Below, piece by piece: positions 1 to 9,217 of a DNA stretch of 20,000 nt. The notes below the pieces were generated by a model. The model saw nothing but the letters and a program-made list of their open reading frames with translations, had not been told where the DNA came from and did not search any database. The stretch comes from an uncultured virus (IMG/VR IMGVR_UViG_3300020385_000006) (taxonomy: Duplodnaviria; Heunggongvirae; Uroviricota; Caudoviricetes). Every line of letters begins with the position of its first letter. The first letter of the stretch is position 1. Location: IMG/VR virus record IMGVR_UViG_3300020385_000006, positions 107,431-127,430 of that record; one strand, written 5' to 3'. Both the position numbers and the translations under genes were made by a program.

Positions 1-3000
1 CTGTCCGAGCTGGAGATACCGTTATAATTGATTCACTAACTACTGCATATTGCACAGTCTTACTATCATTGAATCCATGAGTTACTTTAGATGCGGAAAT
101 TATAAACACTTCTGGATCTGTATTAAGACCTCCGGAATTAATAAACTGTATTGGTGTAAACGATGATGTATATGACATGCTTTGAGATCCATGCTGTTCA
201 TACAACGACTCTATAGAGCTTGATAAATGAGCAGATCCAGTATGTAATAAAAATTCATGTGATCCAAATGTTCCTATACGTGGCGGAGCTTCAAAGAAAA
301 ATATGTTTTCTGCGCCGGCATATTCACCTTCACCTTCGGCATAATTTCGCCAATGACCGGCTGCAAATGTTATCATATACCATCGGTACAGAGTGCCATT
401 TTCAAATTCAATGTTTTTGTCTTGATTTCCATCTGAATGAAAATGTAATGGTTCCCAATTTGCCACAGATCCGGTTGTGAATGCACCTTCATATGCAGAG
501 CCAGAAATTGATATCGCTGTATTAGAATGATGTTGATTGGTTCGATGTTCTATTACTATTCTATTTAACGCTATTGGTTGTACACAGTCAATTGCAATCC
601 ATAAATTAGCACCGGTGTGATCAACGGCCATTGCATTGCTATCATATTGCCCGGTATCAGTGTTATATATGTTAACAGTGTTATTCCATCGAGTTAACCA
701 GTTATCAGTATATGAACCTAAGATATATTTTGGTGGATAACTAGAGTACCAATGCGATGCAGTGATATTAGTTTCTGCTGGAATAAATTCAGGTCCGGTG
801 AAATCAGTCGGGTTTACTCCATCTTTATTACTAAAACCTGTCACTTCTATTTCTGTTTTAGCATGATGTGGTCCAAATGGTTCTTCTATATCTGCTAATA
901 CTCGCATACTTACAAGTTGATTACGTGAATCTGAATTCTGATATGTTCGATTTACAACGTTATCTGTTTCAGTGGTTTGAAGTCCATGCAATACTCTAGT
1001 TTCGCGCGATGATGTACCGGCCGTTGATCCAGAATGTTCCTTTTCCACTTCTACACGCAAATTAGTGATCTGAGTTGCATCAGGAGGTTGAATTGTAATA
1101 TCTGCACTTGTTACAGACCCAGTTTCAATTCCATCCGCGGAATCATTAATTATGTATACACCGGTTGTATTTGATCCTGTTTCAGCTGATGGTGTAAATG
1201 TATATGCACCAGCCGCAAATTGAGCTCCTCCATACCATGACGAAGTAAAGGTTTGAGAAAATAAATTATCAGAATTCAATGCTCTCATTCCAGAATCACT
1301 TGCGGTGTCTTGACTGGCAGTATGGAATCCAAATGCAAATGAATGACCTTGACCATCTGTCGCAGATACCTGAGTTTGGAAATGACCTAATCCTAGCGGT
1401 TCAATAACTTTACCTAATATACGGAAACGCATTGCAGCACTTCCAGACCATATATCACCTATTGCATCAGCTGTTTGTGCTGTTAAAGTATTATTATGCC
1501 CGTATAATATTTTCTGCGTCCGTGAACTGACTCCAATACTTGAACTGTATGGAAAGGCTTCTGTTTCTACTCGCAGTCCATCTATTTCTAATGGTTTACT
1601 TGCACTTACTACAAGATATAGATATTGAGTACCGGTACTGGATTCATATCCATTTTCGGATACATTATCATGTTTAATAAAATTAGTAGTATCAGATAAA
1701 TATATTTGTATATAATCATTTGTTGAATTATTATTATAACTTCCTGATAAAGTTTCTCCGATCCATGATGATGTATATCGACCAACTAATCGTGACTGTT
1801 CATCATATCCTACTTCAGATGATGCAGTTTGAGTTGATGATGTACTGAACGCAATAAATTCGCTATACTTAGTATTGCCGCCATAACCTTTATTATCTAT
1901 ATAATATCGCATTAACGAACTACTATGCATTGGTCCTACTGGTTCTATAATTTCAGTTAAAATACGGAATCGCGTCACTGCATGTGGATCATATATATCA
2001 GATAAATCACTACCAGTTGCGCGAGTTGTTTCTTCGCCATATAAAATTGATCTGGAAATTGCACTGGCATTTGACACAGATGTGTTTTGCGTACCGATAC
2101 CACTCTCTCCCCGTGTTTCAGTTTCTATTCGCCAGTTTTCTATTATTGTAGGTGCAGTATCAATTATTTGCATTGTAGTTGTAGTAGGTGATGATATTGT
2201 ATGATCATTTTCATTTGTTGGTGCATGTACAAAACTAGCAGAAGCAATCCAATCTCGCGTACTTCCGGCGCCTACTGATAAACTACTTCCGGAAAACGAT
2301 GTTGTGTATTGTGCTACAATTCTATTTGATGAATCTTCAAATGAATTGACCGTTACTATTGATGAACCAGTTTCAAATGTAATTGTTTCAGTTATATTAG
2401 TTTGTCCGGAAGATTTAAGTATTTTGGTAACAGCCGTTGGATGTGTAACTGGACCTACTGGTTCAATTATTTCAGCTCGTATTCGGAATCTAGATACCGA
2501 TTGTGATGCGTATAATGATGCAGAATCATGAGTTGCAAATGATGATGAATCAGCTAATGATCGTCTAGTTACTCCATATAACACGGTCCGCTGTTGTGTT
2601 CCGGTAACGCCGGCGTCCGTAACAGCGCTAGCACTATGACCATAATTTTCAGATTCTACAAATATATTTTTAATAATTGTCGGTGGTGTATCATGTACAG
2701 TTAACTCACCATCCGTTTCAGTAATATCAAATCCATTTTCGCCAGAAACTTGTTCTATGAAACTGCCAGTCAAAACATATACTGTATTACCACCTGCAGC
2801 TGCCGTAAATGATCTTCCTGTAAATGATTGTGTATATCGAGTAACTAATCGGTCTTGGTCATCATAACCATGTGTAACTAGTCCACCTTCCGCTATTGAT
2901 CCAGTATCTATCATGTAAAGTTTAGAACCACTACCATATGATGCACTTACCTGTATTTTATGAACACCTGGTCCAATTGGTTCAGTTACCTTTGCTCGGA

Positions 3001-5210
3001 ATCTTACACGTGATACTGATTGAGATGCGTATATGGATGCGGATGGATGATTAGTCCATGACAAACTTTCAGATGTTGCATTTGTTATTCGAGGATCTCC
3101 GTATAACACTGTACGGGTTGCATTAGACATGGCCATATCAGAATATCCATGCGTTTCTGTTTCCCAGAAAACATCTTCAATGGCAACTTTCGGAGTATCA
3201 TGTACTACCATGGTAGTTGATTGTCCAGATTCGGTTACAAATCCACTAGCATCATTAGGTGTATGTAATATTGATCCGGAAGTATATGTCCATTCGGTAA
3301 AACTATTACTACTAGCTGATAATTGTTGTCCTACCCATGATGATGTGTAATGAGCAACCAATCGGTTCTGTGCATCATATGCAATTGCAGATGAAGCAGT
3401 ATGAACTGAGCCAGTACTAAAATATAATATATTATTAATAGGGGCAAGACTAGAACCAATTATTGTTTCAAAAAATTGTAATTCAAATATACTAAAATAT
3501 TGACTAGTAGAAGATGCATTACATGTGAATCGATAATATTGGTATGTATTTAAATTTGTAAAATCGTTTATACCTCTTGTTACAGTGCTTGATCCGTTAC
3601 CGGTAACTGTATCTAATGTAACGTATCCTGAATTAGGTGAATTAGAAGCTTCGAATGTCCAACCAGTCATTCGATATGAGCTAAAATATAATATATATTG
3701 TCCAATATTTACCGCAGAACCGAAATCATATGTAAATGAAGCTCCAGCAATTCCTGAACTGTCATAAAATATATGTGAGTCAGTATTAGCAGTACCTGAC
3801 GTAGTACCATCAAATATATCACCAGGCCAAAACGTGTCACTTGCTGCAGTAGTTGTTAAATTGTTTTCTGATAATCCTGATATGGCAGCACCTATACTAT
3901 TTGTACCAGGAGGTGTGCTCCATACCTTTTCAAAACGTGATGCAGTATGATGCGGTCCGAATGGCTCTGTTATAGTTGCTAACACGCGGAAACGTGACAC
4001 GGAATGAGATGCGTATAATGATGCGGAATCGTGGCCTTCAAAGGAAGCGGAATTTATCAAAGTATGATGAGGTGTACCATATAATACTGTACGCATTGTA
4101 TCTGCACTTCCTGTATCAGAATATCCGTACGTCTCTGATTCATATACTATGTTTGTTATTTCCGTTGCCGGAGTAGCGCTCACAGATACCGAAGCATATG
4201 TTCCTGGTATAATTGTACGTCCGGCGTTTGTAGCAGAATCAAATGAAGCACTAAATGTATACTCGCCAGGCAACAAATTAAAGTTGATCCATGATGATGT
4301 GTAATGAGCAACTAACCGGTTCTGTACATCATATGCAATTTCAGATGATGCAGTATAAGTTGCACCAGAACTAGTATGAAATTGAAATTCATAAGAATGT
4401 GCATAGTCACTACCTGGTGTAGTTTCTAAAGTTGACTTCATGTTGGTATGGTGTGGTCCAAATGGTTCTGTCACAGTTGCCAACAAACGTAATCGTACAA
4501 CTGATTCACTTATATATTCTGCCGATTTTTCATATCCTTCTAAACTTGAAGTTTCTGAAACTTGTAATGTTGAAGTGTATCCATATAATACGCTTGCCGA
4601 TCTTTCAAATGATCCAGTACCAGTTAAAAATGATCCAGATTCCACTTCCACTCGTACATTTGATATTTCAATATCAGGTACAGGGGTTACTGTCAATGTG
4701 GTCATTGGTCCTGCTGCGGCATCAGATATATGATTATAAACTCCATGACGTATAATATCTGTAGTATCACCAGTTTTATTAATTAGAGTATATGTAGCTG
4801 GTTCATACTGAAAAGGCGAAAAACCTAAACTTTCTGTCACATCGGTAAAGGTAAAATTGTCGCCGTATGCAGATGCCGTGGCTCGAAATAATCCAGTTGC
4901 CATACTTCCGCTAAATCTGAAAGTTTTATTATCCAATACTGAAGTTCCGCCGAATTCGGCAAATTTTATATCTGTGAAATGTGTACCATCTGCAACATAA
5001 TCTGGTGGTTCTGTTATATCAGCCATTACAGATACACGTACCAGCGATGCAGTATAACGAGGATGTAGTCCAACAATATTATCACGTGTAATGACATCAT
5101 CGTATAACACCGTAGTAGTAAAATTATTAATTCCAATACCAGAAAATGAACCAGATTCTATATGAGCTCGTATATTACTAATACTTGCAGTATTTGGTGG
5201 TATTACTAGT
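1..5210 (-). repeat. Degenerate in-frame protein repeat array, unit ~167-181 aa
   Basis: EPxG/EPP anchor motifs at about 5008, 4465, 3964, 2980, 2461, 1942, 1399 and 880. Spacings are 543, 501, 984, 519, 519, 543 and 519 nt; the 984-nt gap contains an inserted domain. Confidence 0.85.
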
Positions 5211-6184
5211 AAATTAACATCAACGGAAGATGAATTTTCAAACTGATTATTATCCTGCATATAAACCGTAAACGTTTCTTGATACGACTGCACTGATGAT
5301 GCGTGTATTGTAGTTCCATCCATAACACCGTAGTTTGATATACTGGCAGTAAACACTAATGCATTATCTGGCATAGCCGATGCATCGGGACCATAACCAT
5401 CTGGTGCACCTGGTGAGATAGATCCAGTTGCTATGAAAATTTGGCTATCAGCAATATCAGGTTGTGGATGTTTTAAAAATAAATTGTAACTTGCAGATAC
5501 CGACGTGATAGGTGGATCTACCTGTACTCTGGAAGCTGAAAAAACTCGTATAAAATCGTTTTGATTAGAATCTTCAGATCCGGTAAAACTAAAAATTATA
5601 TCTTTGGCATTTGTATCATGAGCTAAAGACATAGTTAAACTAGCACGATGTGCAATCGTCGGTGGTACATTGATAAACCCTTTAATAAATACAGTAGAAT
5701 ATACCAATTGAGTATTGTTTGCGCTACCGGTCTCAGTTGCATAAACTAAATATCGATGTACGCCAGGTGCTAAATCATTTTCAAATGCATTTTGACCGGT
5801 TAGATCATTAACATAATCCTGGCCAGTATAAGATGAATTGCCGCCGGCTTGCTTGGTTACAAATGTATCTTGAATTTTAATAAATGAATAATAATTTGGA
5901 TTGAAATCCGCGGAATGTGTAGTTTGTATTAATACATCTCCTTGGTTCGCAACATCTTGTCCAGAACCAAGTATTATCACATGATCAATTGATTCAGCAG
6001 GTGATCCGGATATTCCAGAACCAGAACCAGCAAAAAATACTTCAGTACCTATTCCGGAGAGGCCAGAACCATCACCTACAAATGCATCTGCAGTTATAGT
6101 GGTTGCTGTAACTCCACTTTTAAATTGAGCTATACTACCAGATTGTACCCAATTGCTACTAGTAAATTGATGTTTTCCTGCCAT
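1..6184 (-). CDS. Giant virion-associated repeat protein (>2060 aa, 3' end outside the window); putative fibre/adhesin with ~8 novel ~170-aa repeats and two discoidin (F5/8 type C)-like inserts
   Basis: Not in the ORF track because it has no stop in the window. The ATG at 6184-6182 overlaps the TAA of the upstream gene (TAATG). Manual translation (MAGKHQFTSSNWVQSGSIAQFKSG...SESIITVSPART) showed no in-frame stop down to the edge. It is Ser/Thr/Gly-rich with recurring VLYG, RxRxxAxIxEPxGPxH and YDxQxRLVxxYTSSW motifs. Confidence 0.9.
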   Translation of the reverse strand, partial: MAGKHQFTSSNWVQSGSIAQFKSGVTATTITADAFVGDGSGLSGIGTEVFFAGSGSGISGSPAESIDHVIILGSGQDVANQGDVLIQTTHSADFNPNYYSFIKIQDTFVTKQAGGNSSYTGQDYVNDLTGQNAFENDLAPGVHRYLVYATETGSANNTQLVYSTVFIKGFINVPPTIAHRASLTMSLAHDTNAKDIIFSFTGSEDSNQNDFIRVFSASRVQVDPPITSVSASYNLFLKHPQPDIADSQIFIATGSISPGAPDGYGPDASAMPDNALVFTASISNYGVMDGTTIHASSVQSYQETFTVYMQDNNQFENSSSVDVNLLVIPPNTASISNIRAHIESGSFSGIGINNFTTTVLYDDVITRDNIVGLHPRYTASLVRVSVMADITEPPDYVADGTHFTDIKFAEFGGTSVLDNKTFRFSGSMATGLFRATASAYGDNFTFTDVTESLGFSPFQYEPATYTLINKTGDTTDIIRHGVYNHISDAAAGPMTTLTVTPVPDIEISNVRVEVESGSFLTGTGSFERSASVLYGYTSTLQVSETSSLEGYEKSAEYISESVVRLRLLATVTEPFGPHHTNMKSTLETTPGSDYAHSYEFQFHTSSGATYTASSEIAYDVQNRLVAHYTSSWINFNLLPGEYTFSASFDSATNAGRTIIPGTYASVSVSATPATEITNIVYESETYGYSDTGSADTMRTVLYGTPHHTLINSASFEGHDSASLYASHSVSRFRVLATITEPFGPHHTASRFEKVWSTPPGTNSIGAAISGLSENNLTTTAASDTFWPGDIFDGTTSGTANTDSHIFYDSSGIAGASFTYDFGSAVNIGQYILYFSSYRMTGWTFEASNSPNSGYVTLDTVTGNGSSTVTRGINDFTNLNTYQYYRFTCNASSTSQYFSIFELQFFETIIGSSLAPINNILYFSTGSVHTASSAIAYDAQNRLVAHYTSSWVGQQLSASSNSFTEWTYTSGSILHTPNDASGFVTESGQSTTMVVHDTPKVAIEDVFWETETHGYSDMAMSNATRTVLYGDPRITNATSESLSWTNHPSASIYASQSVSRVRFRAKVTEPIGPGVHKIQVSASYGSGSKLYMIDTGSIAEGGLVTHGYDDQDRLVTRYTQSFTGRSFTAAAGGNTVYVLTGSFIEQVSGENGFDITETDGELTVHDTPPTIIKNIFVESENYGHSASAVTDAGVTGTQQRTVLYGVTRRSLADSSSFATHDSASLYASQSVSRFRIRAEIIEPVGPVTHPTAVTKILKSSGQTNITETITFETGSSIVTVNSFEDSSNRIVAQYTTSFSGSSLSVGAGSTRDWIASASFVHAPTNENDHTISSPTTTTMQIIDTAPTIIENWRIETETRGESGIGTQNTSVSNASAISRSILYGEETTRATGSDLSDIYDPHAVTRFRILTEIIEPVGPMHSSSLMRYYIDNKGYGGNTKYSEFIAFSTSSTQTASSEVGYDEQSRLVGRYTSSWIGETLSGSYNNNSTNDYIQIYLSDTTNFIKHDNVSENGYESSTGTQYLYLVVSASKPLEIDGLRVETEAFPYSSSIGVSSRTQKILYGHNNTLTAQTADAIGDIWSGSAAMRFRILGKVIEPLGLGHFQTQVSATDGQGHSFAFGFHTASQDTASDSGMRALNSDNLFSQTFTSSWYGGAQFAAGAYTFTPSAETGSNTTGVYIINDSADGIETGSVTSADITIQPPDATQITNLRVEVEKEHSGSTAGTSSRETRVLHGLQTTETDNVVNRTYQNSDSRNQLVSMRVLADIEEPFGPHHAKTEIEVTGFSNKDGVNPTDFTGPEFIPAETNITASHWYSSYPPKYILGSYTDNWLTRWNNTVNIYNTDTGQYDSNAMAVDHTGANLWIAIDCVQPIALNRIVIEHRTNQHHSNTAISISGSAYEGAFTTGSVANWEPLHFHSDGNQDKNIEFENGTLYRWYMITFAAGHWRNYAEGEGEYAGAENIFFFEAPPRIGTFGSHEFLLHTGSAHLSSSIESLYEQHGSQSMSYTSSFTPIQFINSGGLNTDPEVFIISASKVTHGFNDSKTVQYAVVSESIITVSPART

Positions 6185-6669
6185 TACAATTCATCCGGAT
6201 TAATTATAACTGTAGTTCCTGTAACTAAAGTTTGTTTTGATGCAGTACTCATTGCTAATAATAAATATCTGTATATACCAGTACCTAATGTATCTGTTAA
6301 CGAATTTTGATTAACTAATCCTTTTTGTGTTCCAGAGTAATCAGAAGCTTCTTCCCATAACGCGGCATCGGATAAATCTTGTCGTAAAAATGTGAAATGA
6401 TTAAATGTTGCACCGGATGCCGAAACTGATAATGTTATGGTATGGTTGCCGCCGGATCCAGTGATCCATTCTCCATATGTCGGTGGAGTAGCTAATGATT
6501 CAGATCCAATAAATAATTGTATTCCGGTTGTAGTAATACCAGTTAACGCAGATCCATCTCCTATTAATTTTGCGTTAACCGATCCGGTCACATCAATGCC
6601 AGATTTAAATTTTGCAATAGATCCGGATTGTACCCATTCACTACTTGTAAATTGATGATTGACAGGCAT
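6184..6669 (-). CDS. Hypothetical virion protein (161 aa), paralogue of the N-terminal domain of the downstream giant protein
   Basis: HQFTSSEWVQSGSIAKFKSG matches HQFTSSNWVQSGSIAQFKSG in the giant ORF. It has a GDGSALTGI fibre-type motif, TAATG overlaps at both ends and TAAGGA upstream. Confidence 0.8.
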   Translation of the reverse strand: MPVNHQFTSSEWVQSGSIAKFKSGIDVTGSVNAKLIGDGSALTGITTTGIQLFIGSESLATPPTYGEWITGSGGNHTITLSVSASGATFNHFTFLRQDLSDAALWEEASDYSGTQKGLVNQNSLTDTLGTGIYRYLLLAMSTASKQTLVTGTTVIINPDEL

Positions 6670-8312
6670 TACATTTTCCTTATCATTGCTCGAATTATAC
6701 CGCCTTCAATATTTGTTTCTAATGATTGAGCAATTATTTTTCCAAATAATTGAAGTTCAAATATTTTACTAGGATTGACTGCTTTACCATGTCCTGTGAT
6801 ATTACTAGTAATTATATAATCGCCTTCGTATACTGGGCCATTTACTAATACAGGTTCTGCTCCTAATATGATTGGAAAATTACTACCAGATGAAACGATA
6901 CCCATTATTAACGGATCTGCTTCGGCTGTACATGGCACCATTTGACCGGCTTTTGAGACCAATACAGTACCTGGTTGTAGTTGATCTAATCCTTTGGTTT
7001 CTAAATTAATTTCATGTATACCACCAAAAAATGTATCTATAGCAAATATTGCTTGCCATTTTTTATCAAATGCTCCTAAATTATGAGAGCCATCGGCAGA
7101 TGGTATTATATTTTCTCCAACCGCTGAAAAATCTCCTCCTCCTCCGCCACCACCATAACTACCAGTATAATATACTTGGCCAGTATCTGTATCATACATT
7201 AACGTGTTTAATGCAGATGCCGTCGTTGATGCACTTATAAATAAATGTCCACTTGCACTTATATTACCTGATGATGTTATGTCACCTAAAGTTTGTAATG
7301 AACTTGAAATAACACCTGCAGGCAAATTTAATTTTATTTGAGCAGAACTTGAAATGGTATTTGCTGGCAGATTTAATTTTATTTGAGCAGAACTTGAAAT
7401 GGTATTTGCTGGTAGATTTAATTTTACTTGAGCAGAACTTGATATTACACCTCCGCCAATATTTTCTTGCACTTGCGATGCAGAAATAAATGATTGACCT
7501 TGCCAAGAACCTGATATTCCAGCTGGTGTAAAAGCAGTGCCTGACATGAAATCACTAGAAAGTTGTGCAGAACTTGATATTACACCTCTGAATATACCGA
7601 CAAAACTGGGTGCGGTTACTATCCCATCAGCAAGAGTTAAATTACTACCGGTGATGAATACAGAACCTGTAAATTGATGTGTAACGTCAGATGGTATTGA
7701 TCCAGAACCAAATATAGTTGATCCAGATCTTACAACTAACTGATCTTCGAATATCTGCACTCCATTAAATGCAATACTTCCATCTAACCGCGTATCATCA
7801 GTTACTAACAATTGTGATGCTGTTACGCGCGATGATGATATATTTGTAAACGTTACATCTGTTCTGCTGGCTGATGCTTCAGTTAATGTTATACGAGTCG
7901 AAAATGATTCGCTAGCTGATGTTAACGTACTGGCTGATGCTTCAGTTAAAGTTACACGTGTACTAAATGATTCGCTAGCTGATGTTAACGTACTAGCAGA
8001 TGCTTCAGTTAAAGTTACACGTGTACTAAATGATTCGCTAGCTGATGTTAATGTGCTGGCTGTTGCTTCTGTCAATGTTACACGCGCCGAAAATGAACCA
8101 CTATCGGTTACCATGCTACTGGCTGATGTTTCAGTTAAAGTTACACGTGTAGAAAAAGATGCACTCGTATCATAAAATGCACCTGATATTTGTGTTGATA
8201 AAGCAATAGGTATTATAGACCCTGTACCATCAGCAAAATTAACGCCATCAGTTTGGACTACACGCTGAAAAGTGTCTTTTATATTCTGGCCTGTAAAATT
8301 GTCAAGAGCCAT
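6669..8312 (-). CDS. Fibre/spike-like structural protein (547 aa) with a coiled-coil repeat stalk and a C-terminal intramolecular-chaperone (Peptidase_G2-like) domain
   Basis: Contains 21-aa and 15-aa tandem repeats, a poly-Gly hinge and an NIIPSADGSHNLG..KKW fibre motif. The C-terminal GTVLV..GIVS..GAEPVLVNGPVYEGDYIITS..GHGKA..IIAQSLE pattern resembles phage fibre chaperone domains. Confidence 0.65.
   Translation of the reverse strand: MALDNFTGQNIKDTFQRVVQTDGVNFADGTGSIIPIALSTQISGAFYDTSASFSTRVTLTETSASSMVTDSGSFSARVTLTEATASTLTSASESFSTRVTLTEASASTLTSASESFSTRVTLTEASASTLTSASESFSTRITLTEASASRTDVTFTNISSSRVTASQLLVTDDTRLDGSIAFNGVQIFEDQLVVRSGSTIFGSGSIPSDVTHQFTGSVFITGSNLTLADGIVTAPSFVGIFRGVISSSAQLSSDFMSGTAFTPAGISGSWQGQSFISASQVQENIGGGVISSSAQVKLNLPANTISSSAQIKLNLPANTISSSAQIKLNLPAGVISSSLQTLGDITSSGNISASGHLFISASTTASALNTLMYDTDTGQVYYTGSYGGGGGGGDFSAVGENIIPSADGSHNLGAFDKKWQAIFAIDTFFGGIHEINLETKGLDQLQPGTVLVSKAGQMVPCTAEADPLIMGIVSSGSNFPIILGAEPVLVNGPVYEGDYIITSNITGHGKAVNPSKIFELQLFGKIIAQSLETNIEGGIIRAMIRKM
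7300..7452 (-). repeat. 45-nt in-frame tandem repeat (ISSSAQIKLNLPANT), ~3.4 copies
   Basis: gaacttga(a/t)at recurs at 7300, 7345, 7390 and 7435, with a further partial copy near 7570. Confidence 0.9.
7867..8163 (-). repeat. 63-nt in-frame tandem repeat (SFSTRVTLTEASASTLTSASE, three heptads), ~4.7 copies
   Basis: The 63-nt periodicity is directly visible and the central copies are near-identical. Confidence 0.9.
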
Positions 8313-8322
8313 TTATATAACC

Positions 8323-8883
8323 TTATTTTTTATATAAACCTTTGAGAACTCCTTTAATAACTTCTCGTCGTTTGGTTTCTGTTAGCGGTTTATATTTTGT
8401 ATATGTTGCAACTATTTTATTTATTCTATCTTTTTTAACACTTAAATTATTAATATCAATATTTTCACGCACTAATAATTTTAATATATTTTTAACATGA
8501 CTAACTTCTTGTTCTGTAATTTGTTGTTTAACGTTACTGACCTGAACTTTATTTTCTTGTATTACCGGTTGCTTTTGAGATCGAACTTCTACAGTTACTT
8601 GTTTACTAGCCTGTATATCAAATTCAGATTTCCATGGCGTAAAATATGTATCCTCGGCAATTACTTCTAAACGAATATTACCTTTAGAGGATTCATCAAT
8701 TAATCCTTTCAATTTACGTATAGGAATTTCACATTTACCTGATTCGGAAATTTTTCCATTAAACATTAAACTGTAATCTGATGTTTCTACTACTAACCTA
8801 GCAGTTGATTTTTTTAGACTCGCGCCTTCTATTTTGATATCACATTCAAATAGTTCTGGTTTATCCGTGTATAATTTATACAT
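8323..8883 (-). CDS. Hypothetical protein (186 aa), beta-rich N-terminal half and helical C-terminal half
   Basis: ORF in operon context with GGAG 7 nt upstream; overlaps the upstream gene by 8 nt. Confidence 0.75.
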   Translation of the reverse strand: MYKLYTDKPELFECDIKIEGASLKKSTARLVVETSDYSLMFNGKISESGKCEIPIRKLKGLIDESSKGNIRLEVIAEDTYFTPWKSEFDIQASKQVTVEVRSQKQPVIQENKVQVSNVKQQITEQEVSHVKNILKLLVRENIDINNLSVKKDRINKIVATYTKYKPLTETKRREVIKGVLKGLYKK

Positions 8884-9199
8884 GTATATTCTCCACTGTT
8901 AAATCAATTCCTAATACTTCTTTTACTACTAATTCACAATCTTCGGCAGTTACTTTAATATCATCTCTAATGGTTTTTTGTCCAGAATATGTTTCAATTC
9001 CTTTAACTTTGCATATCAATTTTATAAATCGCTTCTTTTTTTCTGGATCTAATTGATTAACATTATATGCAATTTCATCACCAGTCGCGGCTCCCACTTC
9101 CAATATAAGGAATACATCATCCCATTTATATGGATTTTCACCCCATGTACTTATACCGGTTATTGATCTTACATTATCCCATCGTAAATTAATTGCCAT
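8876..9199 (-). CDS. Hypothetical protein (107 aa)
   Basis: ORF whose start codon immediately follows a CATATTTATATAAA motif; coupled to the downstream gene. Confidence 0.75.
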   Translation of the reverse strand: MAINLRWDNVRSITGISTWGENPYKWDDVFLILEVGAATGDEIAYNVNQLDPEKKKRFIKLICKVKGIETYSGQKTIRDDIKVTAEDCELVVKEVLGIDLTVENIHV

Positions 9200-9213
9200 T
9201 TTATATAAATATG
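9199..9213 (-). promoter_or_regulatory. Candidate late promoter CATATTTATATAAAA
   Basis: An identical 15-mer occurs at 9907-9921, with variants at 17558-17572, 19501-19508 and 13655-13666, all upstream of gene starts. Confidence 0.55.
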
Positions 9214-9217
9214 CTCA

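Noticed and set aside
1750..4350. YD-x-Q-x-RL motifs as RHS/YD toxin repeats
   Set aside because: They occur once per ~170-aa unit rather than as dense ~20-aa YD repeats, and no RHS core motif is visible.
3335..4356. 68-nt duplicate as a DGR template/variable repeat pair
   Set aside because: The mismatches are not confined to adenines of one copy, both copies are internal coding sequence, and there is no reverse transcriptase in the window.
1..6184. Apparent 6-kb non-coding or ORF-poor region
   Set aside because: This is an artefact of the ORF track; a single open minus-strand frame spans it.
7300..8163. Tandem repeats as a possible CRISPR array
   Set aside because: The units are contiguous, multiples of three, in frame within a CDS and have no unique spacers.
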